Below the pieces are notes generated by a model. The model had not been told where the DNA came from, searched no databases, and worked only from the letters and a program-made list of their open reading frames with translations. A DNA stretch of 64,000 nucleotides from positions 11,713-75,712 of the forward strand of contig PCWG01000041.1 of the NCBI GenBank assembly GCA_002787235.1. Reading direction: 5' to 3'. This DNA comes from Nitrospinae bacterium CG11_big_fil_rev_8_21_14_0_20_45_15 (GTDB lineage: Bacteria; Nitrospinota; Nitrospinia; Nitrospinales; VA-1). A program made the translations under genes and the position numbers. How positions within the stretch are numbered: the stretch's first letter is position 1; each line of letters opens with the position of its first letter. Positions 9,479 to 20,358 of the stretch are shown here, piece after piece.

Positions 9479-10378
9479 CTAGGACAGCAACATTTCGAGC
9501 AGGGCTTTTTGCGCGTGAAGCCGGTTTTCGGCTTGATCGAATACAACGGATTGGGGACCATCGAGAACATCACCCGTGATTTCGTCGCCGCGATGGGCTG
9601 GCAGACAATGCATGACGAGGGCTCCGGGGTTGGCCTGATCGAGTAATTTTTGATTGATTTGAAAGGGTTGCAGAAGTTGCATTTTTTTATCTTGTTCAGC
9701 TTCCATTCCCATGCTCACCCACACGTCCGCATAGATCACATCCGCACCCTTCACAGCATCATCCGCAGAGGTGAAAAACGAAACGTTTTTCAGATGCGAA
9801 AAATCTTTCGTGCCGGGGGTTGTGCATTCGGGCGGAGTTGCGATGTTGAGCTGAAAATCAAACAGAGAGGCGGCTTCCATCCAGGAATACGTCATGTTGT
9901 TGCCGTCGCCAACGTAGGCGATACAGAAGTTTTCTACACGACCGAGCTTTTCCTGCAAGGTGAAGAGATCGCATAAAACTTGAACAGGGTGATTCTTGTC
10001 CGTCAAACCATTGATGATGGGGATGTCCGCATGTTCAGCAAGGAGTCGGGCTTCTTCGAAGTCGTCATTGCGAATCATGATGCCGTGCAGATAGCGGGAA
10101 AGTACACGGGCAGAATCTTCAATGGTTTCGCCACGCTTGAGCTGAAGTTGCTCGTCGGTCAAATACAAAGCATGACCGCCCAACTCAAACATACCGACCT
10201 CAAACGAAATTCGGGTGCGTGTGGAATTTTTACGAAAGATCATTCCCAGCGATTTGCCCTGTAAAACAGGATGAGGAATGTTTTCGCTTCGCTCTTTTTT
10301 CAACGTCGCTGTGCGTTTGATAAGATCAAGAATCTCCTGGCGACTGAGATCGGTCAGATTAAGAAAATCTCTTTTCAC
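9479..10378 (-). CDS. argF: Ornithine carbamoyltransferase
   Basis: STRTRISFE carbamoyl-phosphate motif, DVWVSMG and HCLPAHRGDEIT. Confidence 0.9.
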   Translation of the reverse strand: MKRDFLNLTDLSRQEILDLIKRTATLKKERSENIPHPVLQGKSLGMIFRKNSTRTRISFEVGMFELGGHALYLTDEQLQLKRGETIEDSARVLSRYLHGIMIRNDDFEEARLLAEHADIPIINGLTDKNHPVQVLCDLFTLQEKLGRVENFCIAYVGDGNNMTYSWMEAASLFDFQLNIATPPECTTPGTKDFSHLKNVSFFTSADDAVKGADVIYADVWVSMGMEAEQDKKMQLLQPFQINQKLLDQANPGALVMHCLPAHRGDEITGDVLDGPQSVVFDQAENRLHAQKALLEMLLS

Positions 10379-11595
10379 TATGAATCGTGCTCCCCAAAAA
10401 TTTCAGTGAGTGCGAGATCGAGAGCCTTCACGACCTGATCGATCTGTTTCTTTGTCGCCGTCAAGGGCGGCAGGAAACGAAGGATATCGCTCTGAATGCA
10501 GTTGATTAAAATGCCATTGCGCATGCATTCGTTGACGATCTCGGCACCGGGTCGGTTTAACTGAGCGGCCAGGATCAAGCCCATCCCGCGTATTTCGGTG
10601 ATGGCTGAGTGGCGTGTGGCTAATTGTTTCAGTTTTTGAATGAAGTACTCGCTCTTTTTTTCTACATTTGCCAGAAAACCTTTTTTCGAAAGCACTTTGA
10701 GCGAAGCCAGGCCCGCAGAGCAAGCCAGAGGATTGCCTCCAAACGTTGCGGCGTGCGTGCCGGGAACAAAAGATTTCATGACCTTATCGGTTGCACCCAT
10801 GGCACCAATGGCAAGACCGCCACCCAGGGCTTTCGCGAAAGTGATGATATCGGGCGTAACACCAAAGTTTTCGTAAGCAAACATTTTCCCAGTTCGGCCG
10901 AATGCGGTTTGCACTTCGTCGAAAATCAAAAGAGCTCCCGATTTCTTGCAGATTTTTTTCATCGCCTTGAAGTATCCTTTGGCAGGGACATTGACCCCAC
11001 CTTCCCCTTGCACAGGCTCTACCAGAATAGCGCAGGTCTGAGGGCCAACGGCTTTTCCCAAAGCGGGAATGTCGTTGTAGGGAACGTATTTGAATCCCGT
11101 CAACAGCGGTGCGAAACCGACGTGAAATTTTTTCTGTGCGGTTGCTGAAAGCGAAGCGATGGTTCGTCCGTGGAAAGATTGGTCGAATGTAATAATATCC
11201 TTCCTTCCCGTTTCGCTACGATCAAAAAAATATTTTCGTGCCAGTTTGATGGCGGCCTCATTGGCCTCGGTGCCGCTATTGCAAAAGAAATATTTGTCCG
11301 CAAAGCTCAGCCGAGTCAGTTCGCTGGCCAATTGCGATTGTTGTTCGATGTGGTACAAATTGGACACATGGAGCAGGCGACCGGCTTGTTCTTGAATGGC
11401 TTTCACGATTGCAGGATGGCAATGTCCCAAATTATTGACCGCAAGGCCCGAGACAAAATCCAGATAATGATTGCCCGAGCGATCCCAAACATCGGCTCCT
11501 TCTCCACGATCGAGAGCAATGGGAAAGCGCCCATAGGTTCGGGCTACGTGTTTGTCTGTCAGGGCAATGACATCTTCATTATTTTTTATTTTCAT
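10378..11595 (-). CDS. argD: Acetylornithine aminotransferase (class III PLP aminotransferase)
   Basis: Full-length class III aminotransferase pattern (SGTEANEAAIKLARKY, LIFDEVQTAFGRTGK, TFAKALGGG). Its stop overlaps the argF start by 1 nt. Confidence 0.85.
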   Translation of the reverse strand: MKIKNNEDVIALTDKHVARTYGRFPIALDRGEGADVWDRSGNHYLDFVSGLAVNNLGHCHPAIVKAIQEQAGRLLHVSNLYHIEQQSQLASELTRLSFADKYFFCNSGTEANEAAIKLARKYFFDRSETGRKDIITFDQSFHGRTIASLSATAQKKFHVGFAPLLTGFKYVPYNDIPALGKAVGPQTCAILVEPVQGEGGVNVPAKGYFKAMKKICKKSGALLIFDEVQTAFGRTGKMFAYENFGVTPDIITFAKALGGGLAIGAMGATDKVMKSFVPGTHAATFGGNPLACSAGLASLKVLSKKGFLANVEKKSEYFIQKLKQLATRHSAITEIRGMGLILAAQLNRPGAEIVNECMRNGILINCIQSDILRFLPPLTATKKQIDQVVKALDLALTEIFGEHDS

Positions 11596-11677
11596 TAGGA
11601 ATCAGATATAGTTTAAAGGTGAAATGCGCAAATTAGCACAAAATCCAAATAAAATCTTATGAAAATTTTCTCAAAAG

Positions 11678-12454
11678 TTGAATCGGATAGATAGTTTGAA
11701 CTCCAGAGATCAAAAAATACCCAAGGGTTTCTCGAATGTGTGGAACTTTTTTTGGGATAGCCTGTTTCCACAATTGTGCATTTATTGCGAAGGGGAGCGG
11801 ATCAATGGTGGGAATTTTCTTTGCGGTGATTGCCGGGAGGCCATTCAATTTTTAAAGGAGGCTCTTTGTCACACCTGCGGTGCTCCGGCGGATATCTCCT
11901 ATGATTTCCCGCGTGAGGACTTCCAGTGCGGGCTTTGCCGAAAAAAACCTTTTGCCTTCGATCGAGCCAGATCTCAGGGACGTTATGATACGGTTCTTAA
12001 GGAATTGATTCATTTTTTTAAATACCGGCCGCAACGCGGTGCGGTTTCTGAAATCAAATTCTTGCTGGAGCAATTTTTCCCTTACGAGAAGGAAGATCTC
12101 AAGGGTTTCTGGGTCCTGCCCATCCCGCTCTTCAAAAATAAATTACAGGAAAGACAATTTGATCAAGCGCACTTGATTGCAAGTTTGGTTGCGAAACAAT
12201 TCAGTCTGCCGATGGGACAGGAGTGGCTCGTCAAGATCAGGGATACGGCACCGCAAGCAAAAAAAAATAAAACGGAGCGGGTCAGAAACATGCGCGGTGC
12301 TTTTTCCGCCGCGAATAGAGAAATACTGGCAGGCAAGGACCTCCTCCTGGTAGACGATGTGTTCACTACAGGGGCGACGGTGAGCGAGGCTTCAAAAGTT
12401 TTAAAGCGGTCGAATTGCGGGCGGATTTATATTTTTACTCTGGCGCGTGCGTGA
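11678..12454 (+). CDS. comF: ComF-family protein (phosphoribosyltransferase-like, competence-associated)
   Basis: N-terminal CxxC...CxxC (CIYCEG...CGDC, CHTCG...CGLC) and the C-terminal PRTase motif LLVDDVFTTGATVSEA. The start is uncertain, with an in-frame GTG at 11738. Confidence 0.75.
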   Translation: MNRIDSLNSRDQKIPKGFSNVWNFFWDSLFPQLCIYCEGERINGGNFLCGDCREAIQFLKEALCHTCGAPADISYDFPREDFQCGLCRKKPFAFDRARSQGRYDTVLKELIHFFKYRPQRGAVSEIKFLLEQFFPYEKEDLKGFWVLPIPLFKNKLQERQFDQAHLIASLVAKQFSLPMGQEWLVKIRDTAPQAKKNKTERVRNMRGAFSAANREILAGKDLLLVDDVFTTGATVSEASKVLKRSNCGRIYIFTLARA

Positions 12455-12467
12455 AGGAAATTCTGCT

Positions 12468-12743
12468 ATGAATACAGAAAAATCACTCTTATGGACGGTG
12501 TACATCATCGAAGCGGAGTCGGGGAAACTGTACACGGGTATCACGACGGACCCGGAGCGCAGGTTGAAGGAACATATGAGCGGAAAGAAGGGGGCACGGT
12601 ATTTCCGACTCTCTAAGCCGGTCAGAATAATCTACCGGGAATCTTTTCCGGATCGTTCATCGGCCTCCATCCGCGAAGCTCAAATCAAGAAAATGAAACG
12701 TGCGGAAAAACTCCTCTTGTCGGGTCAGGCTGGCTGTCAATAA
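12468..12743 (+). CDS. GIY-YIG nuclease-family small protein
   Basis: WTVYIIEAESGKLYTGITTDPERRLKEH is the GIY-YIG signature. ATG 12468 is preceded by GAAGGAAA. Confidence 0.75.
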   Translation: MNTEKSLLWTVYIIEAESGKLYTGITTDPERRLKEHMSGKKGARYFRLSKPVRIIYRESFPDRSSASIREAQIKKMKRAEKLLLSGQAGCQ

Positions 12744-12800
12744 ATTTTTCAAAGATCTTGATAAAGCTGGCGGCCCTAAGTGTGGGGAGTGCCTCTGCTG

Positions 12801-12822
12801 TCCCGCTCCGGCGGGAATTTTT
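12801..12822 (+). terminator. Terminator-like hairpin plus T run (repeat copy 1), downstream of comF/GIY-YIG
   Basis: tcccgc-tccg-gcggga followed by attttt. Confidence 0.55.
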
Positions 12823-12884
12823 CAAAGAGCATTCAAATGGCTTTGTAAAGCTGGTTTCTCTAAGAATGGGGGCTGGGTCTGCTG

Positions 12885-12906
12885 TCCCGCTCCGGCGGGA
12901 ATTTTT
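12885..12906 (+). terminator. Second identical terminator-like hairpin (repeat copy 2)
   Basis: Same tcccgc-tccg-gcggga plus attttt, 84 bp downstream of the first. Confidence 0.45.
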
Positions 12907-13003
12907 CAAAGAGCATTCAAATGGCTTTGTAAAGCTGGTTTCTCTAAGTATGATGGGGCTGGGTCTGCTGTCCCGCGTCATTCACTCCCGCTTGGCGGGC
13001 GGA

Positions 13004-14557
13004 TCACTCCCATTCGATGGTGCCGGGCGGTTTGGAGCTGATGTCGAGCACGACTCGGTTGATGCCGCGTACTTCGTTGATGATGCGATTGGAGATATTC
13101 CCAAGCAGTTCGTAGGGAAGGCGTGCCCAGTCGGCGGTCATGCCATCGGCACTGGTTACCGCCCGGATAGCCGCTACATTTTCGTAAGTTCGTGAATCGC
13201 CCATCACACCAACGGTTTTGACCGGGAGCAGGACCATGAAAGATTGCCAGAGTTTGTCGTAATATCCGGCTTTTTTGATTTCTTCGAGCAAAATGGTATC
13301 TGCCGCGCGCAACACTTCAAGACCTTCGTGGGTGATGGCTCCCAGAATGCGAATGGCCAGTCCCGGACCGGGGAAAGGTTGACGTTGTAAAATGTCTTCG
13401 GGGATGCCGAGTTCTCTTCCCAGCAAGCGCGCCTCATCCTTGAAAAATTCGCGGAGTGGTTCGATCAGTTTCATCGCCATTTTCTCCGGCAGGCCGCCTA
13501 CATTATGGTGCGACTTGATCACCGCAGAAGGACCGCCTTTAAAAGAGACTGATTCGATGACATCGGGATACAAAGTACCTTGAGCGAGGAAGTCAAATTG
13601 ACCGAGTTTTTTAGCTTCCGCTTCAAAAGTTTCGATAAATACGTTGCCGATGATTTTACGTTTCTGCTCAGGATCGGTGACTCCCTTCAAGCGTTCCAGA
13701 AAAGTTTCTGCCGCATCCACAACCACCAGATTGAAATGAAAATTGTCGCGAAAAGTTTTTTCGACCTTGTCGCGTTCGCCCGCACGTAAAAGTCCGTTGT
13801 CGATGAATATGCAAGTCAGGCGGTCGCCGATGGCTTTGTGAACCAGAACGGCGACTACTGAAGAATCGACTCCACCGCTCAAACCGCAGATGACGCGAGA
13901 ATCGCCGGCCTGAACCCGGACCCCTTCGATCGTGCTTTCCGCGAGAGAATCCATTTTCCAATTGCGTTCGCACTGACAAATCCGAAACAGGAAATTATCG
14001 AGGATCTGCCGTCCTTCGACGGTGTGCACGACTTCAGGATGAAACTGAAGGCCGTAAATTTTTCTTTCAGGATTTTCGACTGCGGCGATGGGCGAGTTTT
14101 CGGTATGCGCCGAGGCCTTGAATCCGGTGGGCAGTTTGGAGATACGATCACCGTGACTCATCCAGACGGTTGTTTCATTTTTGACATCTTCAAACAGCAG
14201 GGATGTTTCTGGAATGATCAGGTTGGCTCGACCGAACTCACGTTTGTCAGCGGGGTCCACTTTTCCTTGCAGAAGATGGGTGATCAGCTGAAAGCCATAA
14301 CACACCCCAAGCACAGGAATCCCCATTTCAAAGATACGGGGATCGCACAAAGGTGCTTCGGGTTCCAGTACGCTGGAAGGTCCGCCGGACAAAATGATCC
14401 CATGAGGTTTCGTATTTTGGATATCGTCCCATGTCATCGTGCAGGGGTGGATTTCGCAATACACCTGTGCTTCGCGAATTTTCCGCGCGATGTTTTGCGT
14501 GTACTGCGATCCGTAATCAATGATGAGGATTTTTTGTTCGTGTAATTTGTCGGTCAT
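13004..14557 (-). CDS. guaA: GMP synthase (glutamine-hydrolysing)
   Basis: GATase domain (GVCYGFQL), ATP-PPase P-loop SGGVDSSV and canonical C-terminus PPGTIEWE. Confidence 0.95.
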   Translation of the reverse strand: MTDKLHEQKILIIDYGSQYTQNIARKIREAQVYCEIHPCTMTWDDIQNTKPHGIILSGGPSSVLEPEAPLCDPRIFEMGIPVLGVCYGFQLITHLLQGKVDPADKREFGRANLIIPETSLLFEDVKNETTVWMSHGDRISKLPTGFKASAHTENSPIAAVENPERKIYGLQFHPEVVHTVEGRQILDNFLFRICQCERNWKMDSLAESTIEGVRVQAGDSRVICGLSGGVDSSVVAVLVHKAIGDRLTCIFIDNGLLRAGERDKVEKTFRDNFHFNLVVVDAAETFLERLKGVTDPEQKRKIIGNVFIETFEAEAKKLGQFDFLAQGTLYPDVIESVSFKGGPSAVIKSHHNVGGLPEKMAMKLIEPLREFFKDEARLLGRELGIPEDILQRQPFPGPGLAIRILGAITHEGLEVLRAADTILLEEIKKAGYYDKLWQSFMVLLPVKTVGVMGDSRTYENVAAIRAVTSADGMTADWARLPYELLGNISNRIINEVRGINRVVLDISSKPPGTIEWE

Positions 14558-14588
14558 TTTGGAATGTGGTTCTGGGCTGAAAGGAGGA

Positions 14589-16052
14589 TCATTCGGTTTG
14601 ATAATTGGGTGATTCTTGCGTGACGATCACGTCGTGGACATGGCTTTCTTTCAGGCCCGCTGGGGTGATGCGGATGAATTTTGCATTCTGGCGCAGGTCT
14701 TCAATGTCTTTGGCACCACAGTAGCCCATGCCGGCACGTAAGCCGCCGACCATTTGGTGTACGGTGAAGGAAAGCGGGCCGCGAAACGGAATGCGTGCTT
14801 CGACTCCTTCGGGTACCAGTTTGCTTTCGGAAAGTTCGCGGTCTTGAAAATAACGGTCGCTCGATCCCTGGCTCATAGCCGCGATCGACCCCATGCCGCG
14901 ATACTCTTTGTAGCTTCGGCCTTGAAATAAAATTTTCTCTCCCGGGCTTTCTTCGCACCCGGCGAACAGAGACCCCAGCATGACAGTGGATGCACCTGCG
15001 GCGATGGCTTTGGTGATTTCACCGGAGTTTTTGATTCCGCCATCCGCGATGATCGGGATATTCTTTTTTTCTGCGACTTTCACACAATCGGCGATGGCTG
15101 AAATTTGCGGAACCCCGACGCCTGATACTATGCGTGTGGTGCAGATAGAACCCGGCCCGATGCCCACCTTCACCGCATCGGCTCCTGCTTTGATCAGAGC
15201 CAGAGTGCCTTCGGCCGTTGCGACATTACCGCCGATGATGGGCAAATCGGGGAATGCTTTTTTTGCCCGACGCACGGTATCCAAAACCCCCTGGGAATGA
15301 CCATGTGCGCTGTCGATGACGAGTACATCGAGTCCGACCTTGACGAGTGACTCGATATGCTCTTCCTGATTTTCTTTAACGCCGAGGGCCGCACCGACTA
15401 ACAGTCGCCCTTGTTCGTCTTTTGCCGCATTGGGAAATTTTTCAGATTGTTCGATATCCCGGATGGTGAGCAAGCCTTTGAGGTTGCCTTTTTTATCGAC
15501 CACAAGCAATTTTTCGATGCGATTGTCGTGCAAGAGTTTTTTCGACGTCTCCATCGGTGTTCCGACGTTGATGGTGACCAGTTTGCGGGTCATCAAAGCA
15601 CTGACGGGTCTATCGACATTGGTTTCAAAACGCAGGTCGCGATTGGTCAATATCCCCACCGGCTTGCTTCCTTCAACGATGGGAATGCCCGAGATGTTGT
15701 ATTTTTTCTTGATTTCCAGAGCTCTGCTGATTTTCTCGTTGGGTCCCATTGTGATGGGATCGGGAACCATAACGCTGGTGGCACGCTTGACGCGGTCAAC
15801 CATTTTGCGTTGCTCGACCGGATCGAGATTGCGATGGATGATGCCGATACCGCCTTCCAGAGCAAGCGCAATGGCGAGCGACCATTCGGTGACCCTGTCC
15901 ATGGGAGCACTGACGAGAGGGCAATTCAATTGGATTTGACGCGTCAAGCGTGCTTTGACGCTGACAGAGGCTGGCAAAACTTTAGAATGTGCGGGTAAGA
16001 GCAGGACGTCGTCAAAAGTAAGGTATGTGATTAATTTTTCAGGTTCGATCAT
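14589..16052 (-). CDS. guaB: IMP dehydrogenase
   Basis: [11 protein letters not shown]-terminus, a CBS pair, the catalytic loop [11 protein letters not shown], and [12 protein letters not shown]. Confidence 0.95.
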   Translation of the reverse strand: MIEPEKLITYLTFDDVLLLPAHSKVLPASVSVKARLTRQIQLNCPLVSAPMDRVTEWSLAIALALEGGIGIIHRNLDPVEQRKMVDRVKRATSVMVPDPITMGPNEKISRALEIKKKYNISGIPIVEGSKPVGILTNRDLRFETNVDRPVSALMTRKLVTINVGTPMETSKKLLHDNRIEKLLVVDKKGNLKGLLTIRDIEQSEKFPNAAKDEQGRLLVGAALGVKENQEEHIESLVKVGLDVLVIDSAHGHSQGVLDTVRRAKKAFPDLPIIGGNVATAEGTLALIKAGADAVKVGIGPGSICTTRIVSGVGVPQISAIADCVKVAEKKNIPIIADGGIKNSGEITKAIAAGASTVMLGSLFAGCEESPGEKILFQGRSYKEYRGMGSIAAMSQGSSDRYFQDRELSESKLVPEGVEARIPFRGPLSFTVHQMVGGLRAGMGYCGAKDIEDLRQNAKFIRITPAGLKESHVHDVIVTQESPNYQTE

Positions 16053-16237
16053 GATGGCTCAGTGTGTTGAAAAATTTCTGTTCAAAAAGAAAGCGATATA
16101 TGTCGCTACATGTTTTTGAAAATATAACATGAGCTTCAGAGATTTGTTGAAAATGTTGCTTCTAAAAGTGTAATCCGTAGAAAAAACGAATTCTTTTTAT
16201 TTCAGGCGCAATGTGTTTGTACATTCTCCGGCCTGTC

Positions 16238-16302
16238 AAAAAAGAAACCCCCCATTCCTTCGAGTCTGGCGAGGTTGCTTAATCAACTCGGGGGAAGGGG
16301 GG
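16238..16302 (-). terminator. Rho-independent terminator of nrdJ
   Basis: On the minus strand: ccccccttcccccgagt...actcgaaggaatgggggg, an imperfect long stem followed by tttctttttt. It begins 37 nt after the stop. Confidence 0.65.
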
Positions 16303-16338
16303 TCAAGGACCTATTGACTTGATTTTTTCAGCCAGTTG

Positions 16339-19300
16339 TCATGAGCAACCCGAAGTTGCTCCGCAGGTCATACATTTCATGCAGGTACCGTTTCGCACCA
16401 GAGTCAGAGATCCGCATTCTGAACAAGGATCGCCTTCATAACCCTTCATTTTAGCGATAGCGGTAGCCGATGCACTGTCTTTTGCGGCTTGCAGGGTGGC
16501 AACGCCCAGAGTTGCTGATGAGGACATTGTTTTGCCTGCGTGCGCGCCGTTGCCATTTCCATTGAATCCATTGCCATTGGTGCCTGCGGGACTGGCATCG
16601 GTTTTTACAGGTTGCGCGACGGCGGTTGCGGTCTCCGTTGTTACCACGGGGGAGGTTGCTGTCCCATCCTGACTGACTTTGCCTTTGGTTATTTCGGGGG
16701 CGGTGTCAGGCCGGATTTTTCCGATTGCGTCAGAGCGGACATCTTCCTCGGTGACTTGCGCCAAATCGGTGCGTCCCAGATAATTGATTGCAAGTTCTCT
16801 GAAAATATAATCGATTGTCGAGGTCGACATGCTGATGGATTGATTTCCAGAAACGAAGCCATTGGGTTCGAATCGTGTGAAAATAAAGGAATCAACAAAT
16901 TCTTCAAGCGGCACTCCATATTGCAAGCCCATGGAAATGGAGATGGCGAAGCAGTTCATCAAACTTCTGAAAGCGGCACCTTCTTTGTGCATGTCGATGA
17001 ATATTTCGCCGAGTGTCCCATCTTCGTATTGACCGGTTCGCAGATACAGCTTGTGTCCGCCGATGATCGCCTTTTGGGTGTAGCCATCGCGACGATGGGG
17101 AAGAGCACGTCGTTTGCGAATGTTCTGTATTATCTTTGTGGCAATTTTCAGAGGTTGTTTCTCATCCAACTCTTCTTCTTGCAGACCTTTGAAATCTTCG
17201 GTGGCTACATTGTTGAGAGGTTGGCTCAATTTCGAACCGTCTCGATAAACGGCAGTTCCTTTCAAGGCCAGTTTCCAGCTCAGCATATGCGCCTTTTCAA
17301 CATCGCTGAGCAAGGCATCATTGGGCATGTTGATGGTCTTGGAAATGGCACCGGAAAGGAAGGGCTGACTTGCGGCCATCATTCGAATATGGGCTTCTGG
17401 CTTGATGAATCGTTGTCCATATTTGCCACATTTGCTGGCGCAGTCGAAGATGGGGTAATGTTCGGCCCTCAGATGAGGGGCATTTTCTATGGTCATGGTT
17501 CCGCAGATGGTATCGTTGGCTTTGCTGATTTCATCTGCGCTGAAGCCAAGAGCCGAAAGCATGTTGAAGTCGAATCGGTTCAGCTCATCACGGTCGAGAC
17601 CGAGCTGATTGACGCAGAACTCTTCTCCCAATACGAATTTATTGAAAGCGAAGGTGATGTCGAATGCTTTGGGAAGCTCGGACTGAATGCTGTCCAAAGC
17701 GGACTCGGTAAACCCTTTTGCCTTTAAGGCCGAACGGTTGATACCGGGTGAGGATTCCATATTGCCGGAACCCACACAATAATCGATGATGTCTCGGATT
17801 TGCTCGTTGGAGTAGCCCAATTTTCTGAGCGCGCCGGGAACGGATTGGTTGATGATCTTGAAATATCCGCCGCCCGCAAGTTTTTTGTATTTGACGAGAG
17901 CGAAGTCAGGTTCGATGCCCGTCGTGTCGCAATCCATGAGCAGTCCAATAGTTCCCGTGGGTGCGATGCAGGTGGTTTGCGCGTTGCGAAAGCCATTTTT
18001 TTCACCGAGTTCCAACGCGGTTTCCCACTCTTTTTTAGCGGCATTGAGGATGTAATCGATGCAAAAGTTTGAGTTGATGCCTTGCGGGAAAATCGTCAAT
18101 CCCTCGTATTCCTGAGCGGGAGCGCAATTGACGGCGCGGGCGTGATTGCGTAAAACGCGCAACATCTGTTTTTTGTTTTTGTCGTATTGTTGAAAGGCTC
18201 CCAATTCGCCAGCGATTTCTGCAGACATGGTGTAAGCGGAACCGGTCAGCATGGCGGTGAGGGCACCACAAATGGAACGACCTTTCTCGGAATCATAAGC
18301 GATGCCCATGACCATCAACAAGGCTCCCAGATTGGCGTAACCCAGACCCAGCGTTCGGTACTCAAAACTTTTTTGAGCGATCGCTTCGTTGGGGAATTGC
18401 GCCATGATGACAGAGATTTCGAGTGTCAGGGTCCACAGTCGACAGGCATGTCGGAAACGTTCTATTTGAAATTGGCAGGTCTCTTCGTCGTAAAATCTCA
18501 ACAGATTGATAGACGCCAGGTTGCAGGCGGTGTCGTCCAGAAACATGTATTCCGAACATGGATTGGATGCATTGATTCGACCACCTTCGGGGCAGGTGTG
18601 CCATTCGTTGATCGTGGTATCAAATTGCAGACCCGGATCGGCGCAAGACCAGGAAGCTTCATTGATTTTGTCCCACAAGTCCCGTGCCTTCAGCGTTCGG
18701 GCCACGCTACCGTCGGTTCGGCGTGTGAGATTCCAATCTCCGTCGCACTCTACGGCTTGCAGGAATTCGTTGCTCAGACGAACGGAATTGTTTGAATTTT
18801 GACCGGAAACGGTGAGATAGGATTCAGAGTTCCAGTTGGTGTCCAATTCCTCGAACTGGACTTCTTTAACGCCTTGTTTGGCCAACTGAATCATTCGATA
18901 GATATAATTTTCGGGGACAAAGGACTCAGTAGCTCTGCGAACGGCCTTGCGCAACTTTTTATTTTGTTTCAGGTCAAAACGGGAAGACTCTGTTTCGCCG
19001 GAATCCCAGCAGGCTTCTAAAATGTTTTTCAGACTTTTCCGACAAATGCGACTGCCTGCGGCCAGCGCGGCGACTTTGCGCTCTTCCTTGACTTTCCATT
19101 CCACAAATTCTTCGATGTCGGGATGATCTGCATCGAGAGTCACCATTTTCGCGGCACGTCGTGTGGTGCCACCGGACTTGATCGCCCCTGCGGCGCGATC
19201 ACCGATTTTTAGAAAGCTCATCAAGCCCGAAGAACGACCGCCGCCGGAAAGCGGTTCCCCCGATCCGCGCAGGGATGAAAAATTACTCCCCGTGCCGGAA

Positions 19301-19983
19301 CCGTATTTGAACAATCGGGCTTCTTGACGCCATAAATCCATGATGCCGCCGTCGCCAACGAGATCGTCCTTGACAGACATGATGAAGCAGGCATGGGGCT
19401 GAGGGCGTTCGTACGCGCTCTTGGAGCGCATCAGCTGTCCGGATTCCGGATCGAAATAATGATGGCCTTGCGAAGGGCCTTCAATACCATAAGCCCAGTT
19501 CAGGCCGGTATTGAACCATTGCGGGGAATTGGGCGCGGCCATTTGACGAACCAGCATGTATTGCATTTCATCGAAATAGGAGCGTGCGTGTTCTTCGTTC
19601 TCAAAGCATTTATTTTTCCATCCCCAATAAGTCCAGCAACCTGCCAAGCGACGAAAAACCTGGCGTGCATCGGTTTCACCGATGAATCGTTTCTCAGTGG
19701 GTAAGGCAACGATCCCGTCGGCATTGCCTACGGAGGCTTGCAACCAACTGGGAATGCCTTCTTCTTTTTTGCTTTGCAAGCTGGCGGGTATTCCGGCTTT
19801 GCGAAAGTATTTTTGGGCGAGAATATCCACCGCAACCTGGGACCAGAAATCTGGGGCGATCACTCCTTCGATCGAAGACACTACAGAACCATCTGAATTG
19901 GTTATCTTCGAAGTGCGCTCTACAAATTTGATCCCCGCGTAAGGGTCTTTCTGATCCTGGGTAAACTGTCGATGAATTAACAC
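16339..19983 (-). CDS. nrdJ: Adenosylcobalamin-dependent (class II) ribonucleotide reductase, long form
   Basis: 1214 aa. Class II N-terminal domain ([20 protein letters not shown]), RNR barrel motifs (NPCSEY, GLGYANL), and a C-terminal Cys-rich tail CSECGS...[11 protein letters not shown]. Confidence 0.9.
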   Translation of the reverse strand: MLIHRQFTQDQKDPYAGIKFVERTSKITNSDGSVVSSIEGVIAPDFWSQVAVDILAQKYFRKAGIPASLQSKKEEGIPSWLQASVGNADGIVALPTEKRFIGETDARQVFRRLAGCWTYWGWKNKCFENEEHARSYFDEMQYMLVRQMAAPNSPQWFNTGLNWAYGIEGPSQGHHYFDPESGQLMRSKSAYERPQPHACFIMSVKDDLVGDGGIMDLWRQEARLFKYGSGTGSNFSSLRGSGEPLSGGGRSSGLMSFLKIGDRAAGAIKSGGTTRRAAKMVTLDADHPDIEEFVEWKVKEERKVAALAAGSRICRKSLKNILEACWDSGETESSRFDLKQNKKLRKAVRRATESFVPENYIYRMIQLAKQGVKEVQFEELDTNWNSESYLTVSGQNSNNSVRLSNEFLQAVECDGDWNLTRRTDGSVARTLKARDLWDKINEASWSCADPGLQFDTTINEWHTCPEGGRINASNPCSEYMFLDDTACNLASINLLRFYDEETCQFQIERFRHACRLWTLTLEISVIMAQFPNEAIAQKSFEYRTLGLGYANLGALLMVMGIAYDSEKGRSICGALTAMLTGSAYTMSAEIAGELGAFQQYDKNKKQMLRVLRNHARAVNCAPAQEYEGLTIFPQGINSNFCIDYILNAAKKEWETALELGEKNGFRNAQTTCIAPTGTIGLLMDCDTTGIEPDFALVKYKKLAGGGYFKIINQSVPGALRKLGYSNEQIRDIIDYCVGSGNMESSPGINRSALKAKGFTESALDSIQSELPKAFDITFAFNKFVLGEEFCVNQLGLDRDELNRFDFNMLSALGFSADEISKANDTICGTMTIENAPHLRAEHYPIFDCASKCGKYGQRFIKPEAHIRMMAASQPFLSGAISKTINMPNDALLSDVEKAHMLSWKLALKGTAVYRDGSKLSQPLNNVATEDFKGLQEEELDEKQPLKIATKIIQNIRKRRALPHRRDGYTQKAIIGGHKLYLRTGQYEDGTLGEIFIDMHKEGAAFRSLMNCFAISISMGLQYGVPLEEFVDSFIFTRFEPNGFVSGNQSISMSTSTIDYIFRELAINYLGRTDLAQVTEEDVRSDAIGKIRPDTAPEITKGKVSQDGTATSPVVTTETATAVAQPVKTDASPAGTNGNGFNGNGNGAHAGKTMSSSATLGVATLQAAKDSASATAIAKMKGYEGDPCSECGSLTLVRNGTCMKCMTCGATSGCS

Positions 19984-20100
19984 AAAAACCTCCGCATATT
20001 TTTCCTGTTCTAAAACTTGTTTGTTTTATGTTTAAGCGCGTTGCAGTCGATTGTCAACTGTTGCGTATTTATTTGTTTATTGGGCAGATAACTCATTATC

Positions 20101-20147
20101 CCACAATATATTGCGGTTGCTGAATACTTTAGCACTATATATAGCGT
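20101..20147 (-). promoter_or_regulatory. Tandem NrdR boxes upstream of nrdJ
   Basis: ccACAATATATTGcgg (20101-20116) and gCACTATATATAGcgt (20132-20147) are two 16-bp AT-centred palindromes resembling acaCwAtATaTwGtgt. Centres are 31 bp apart. They lie 118-164 bp upstream of the ATG. Confidence 0.7.
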
Positions 20148-20358
20148 TGTCAATGGAATTTTGCCTGATTTTTAGCAGTCTTATAACTCTAGATATTTAA
20201 AGGCCTAACGGGATTGATAAATAAACAGTTTGTGTAATTATTATGGTAGCTTCCAAATGATAGGGAGTCATTTCGCCTTGTTGTTTGTGGGGGAAAACGG
20301 GTTGACACGGCGCAGGACAATATATATCAAGGGGGTGCGGGGCCTGCTGTTTAATATG

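Larger units (their letters stand above)
12783..12980. repeat. Intergenic tandem repeat: 2 full copies plus a partial third, period 84 then 86 bp
   Basis: The ctgctgtcccgc anchor recurs at 12795, 12879 and 12965. Units are near-identical apart from a 2-bp indel (taagaatggg vs taagtatgatgggg). Confidence 0.9.

Noticed and set aside
12783-12980. Checked whether the tandem repeat could be a small CRISPR array
   Set aside because: The units abut directly with no unique spacers, the period is 84-86 bp, and no cas genes are nearby.
12700-13195. Plus-strand ORFs of 113 and 145 aa, and a 98-aa minus-strand ORF, across the tandem repeat
   Set aside because: They are generated by the repeat itself (duplicated peptide segments) and run into the antisense of guaA. 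There is no RBS or family signal.
16865-16874. ggttcgaatc, a tRNA T-arm-like string
   Set aside because: It lies inside the nrdJ coding frame with no surrounding acceptor or anticodon structure. No tRNA-like cloverleaf was seen in any intergenic region.
16540-17727. 395-aa plus-strand ORF
   Set aside because: It lies entirely antisense within nrdJ, whose frame carries unmistakable RNR motifs. The product is low-complexity with no recognisable motifs.
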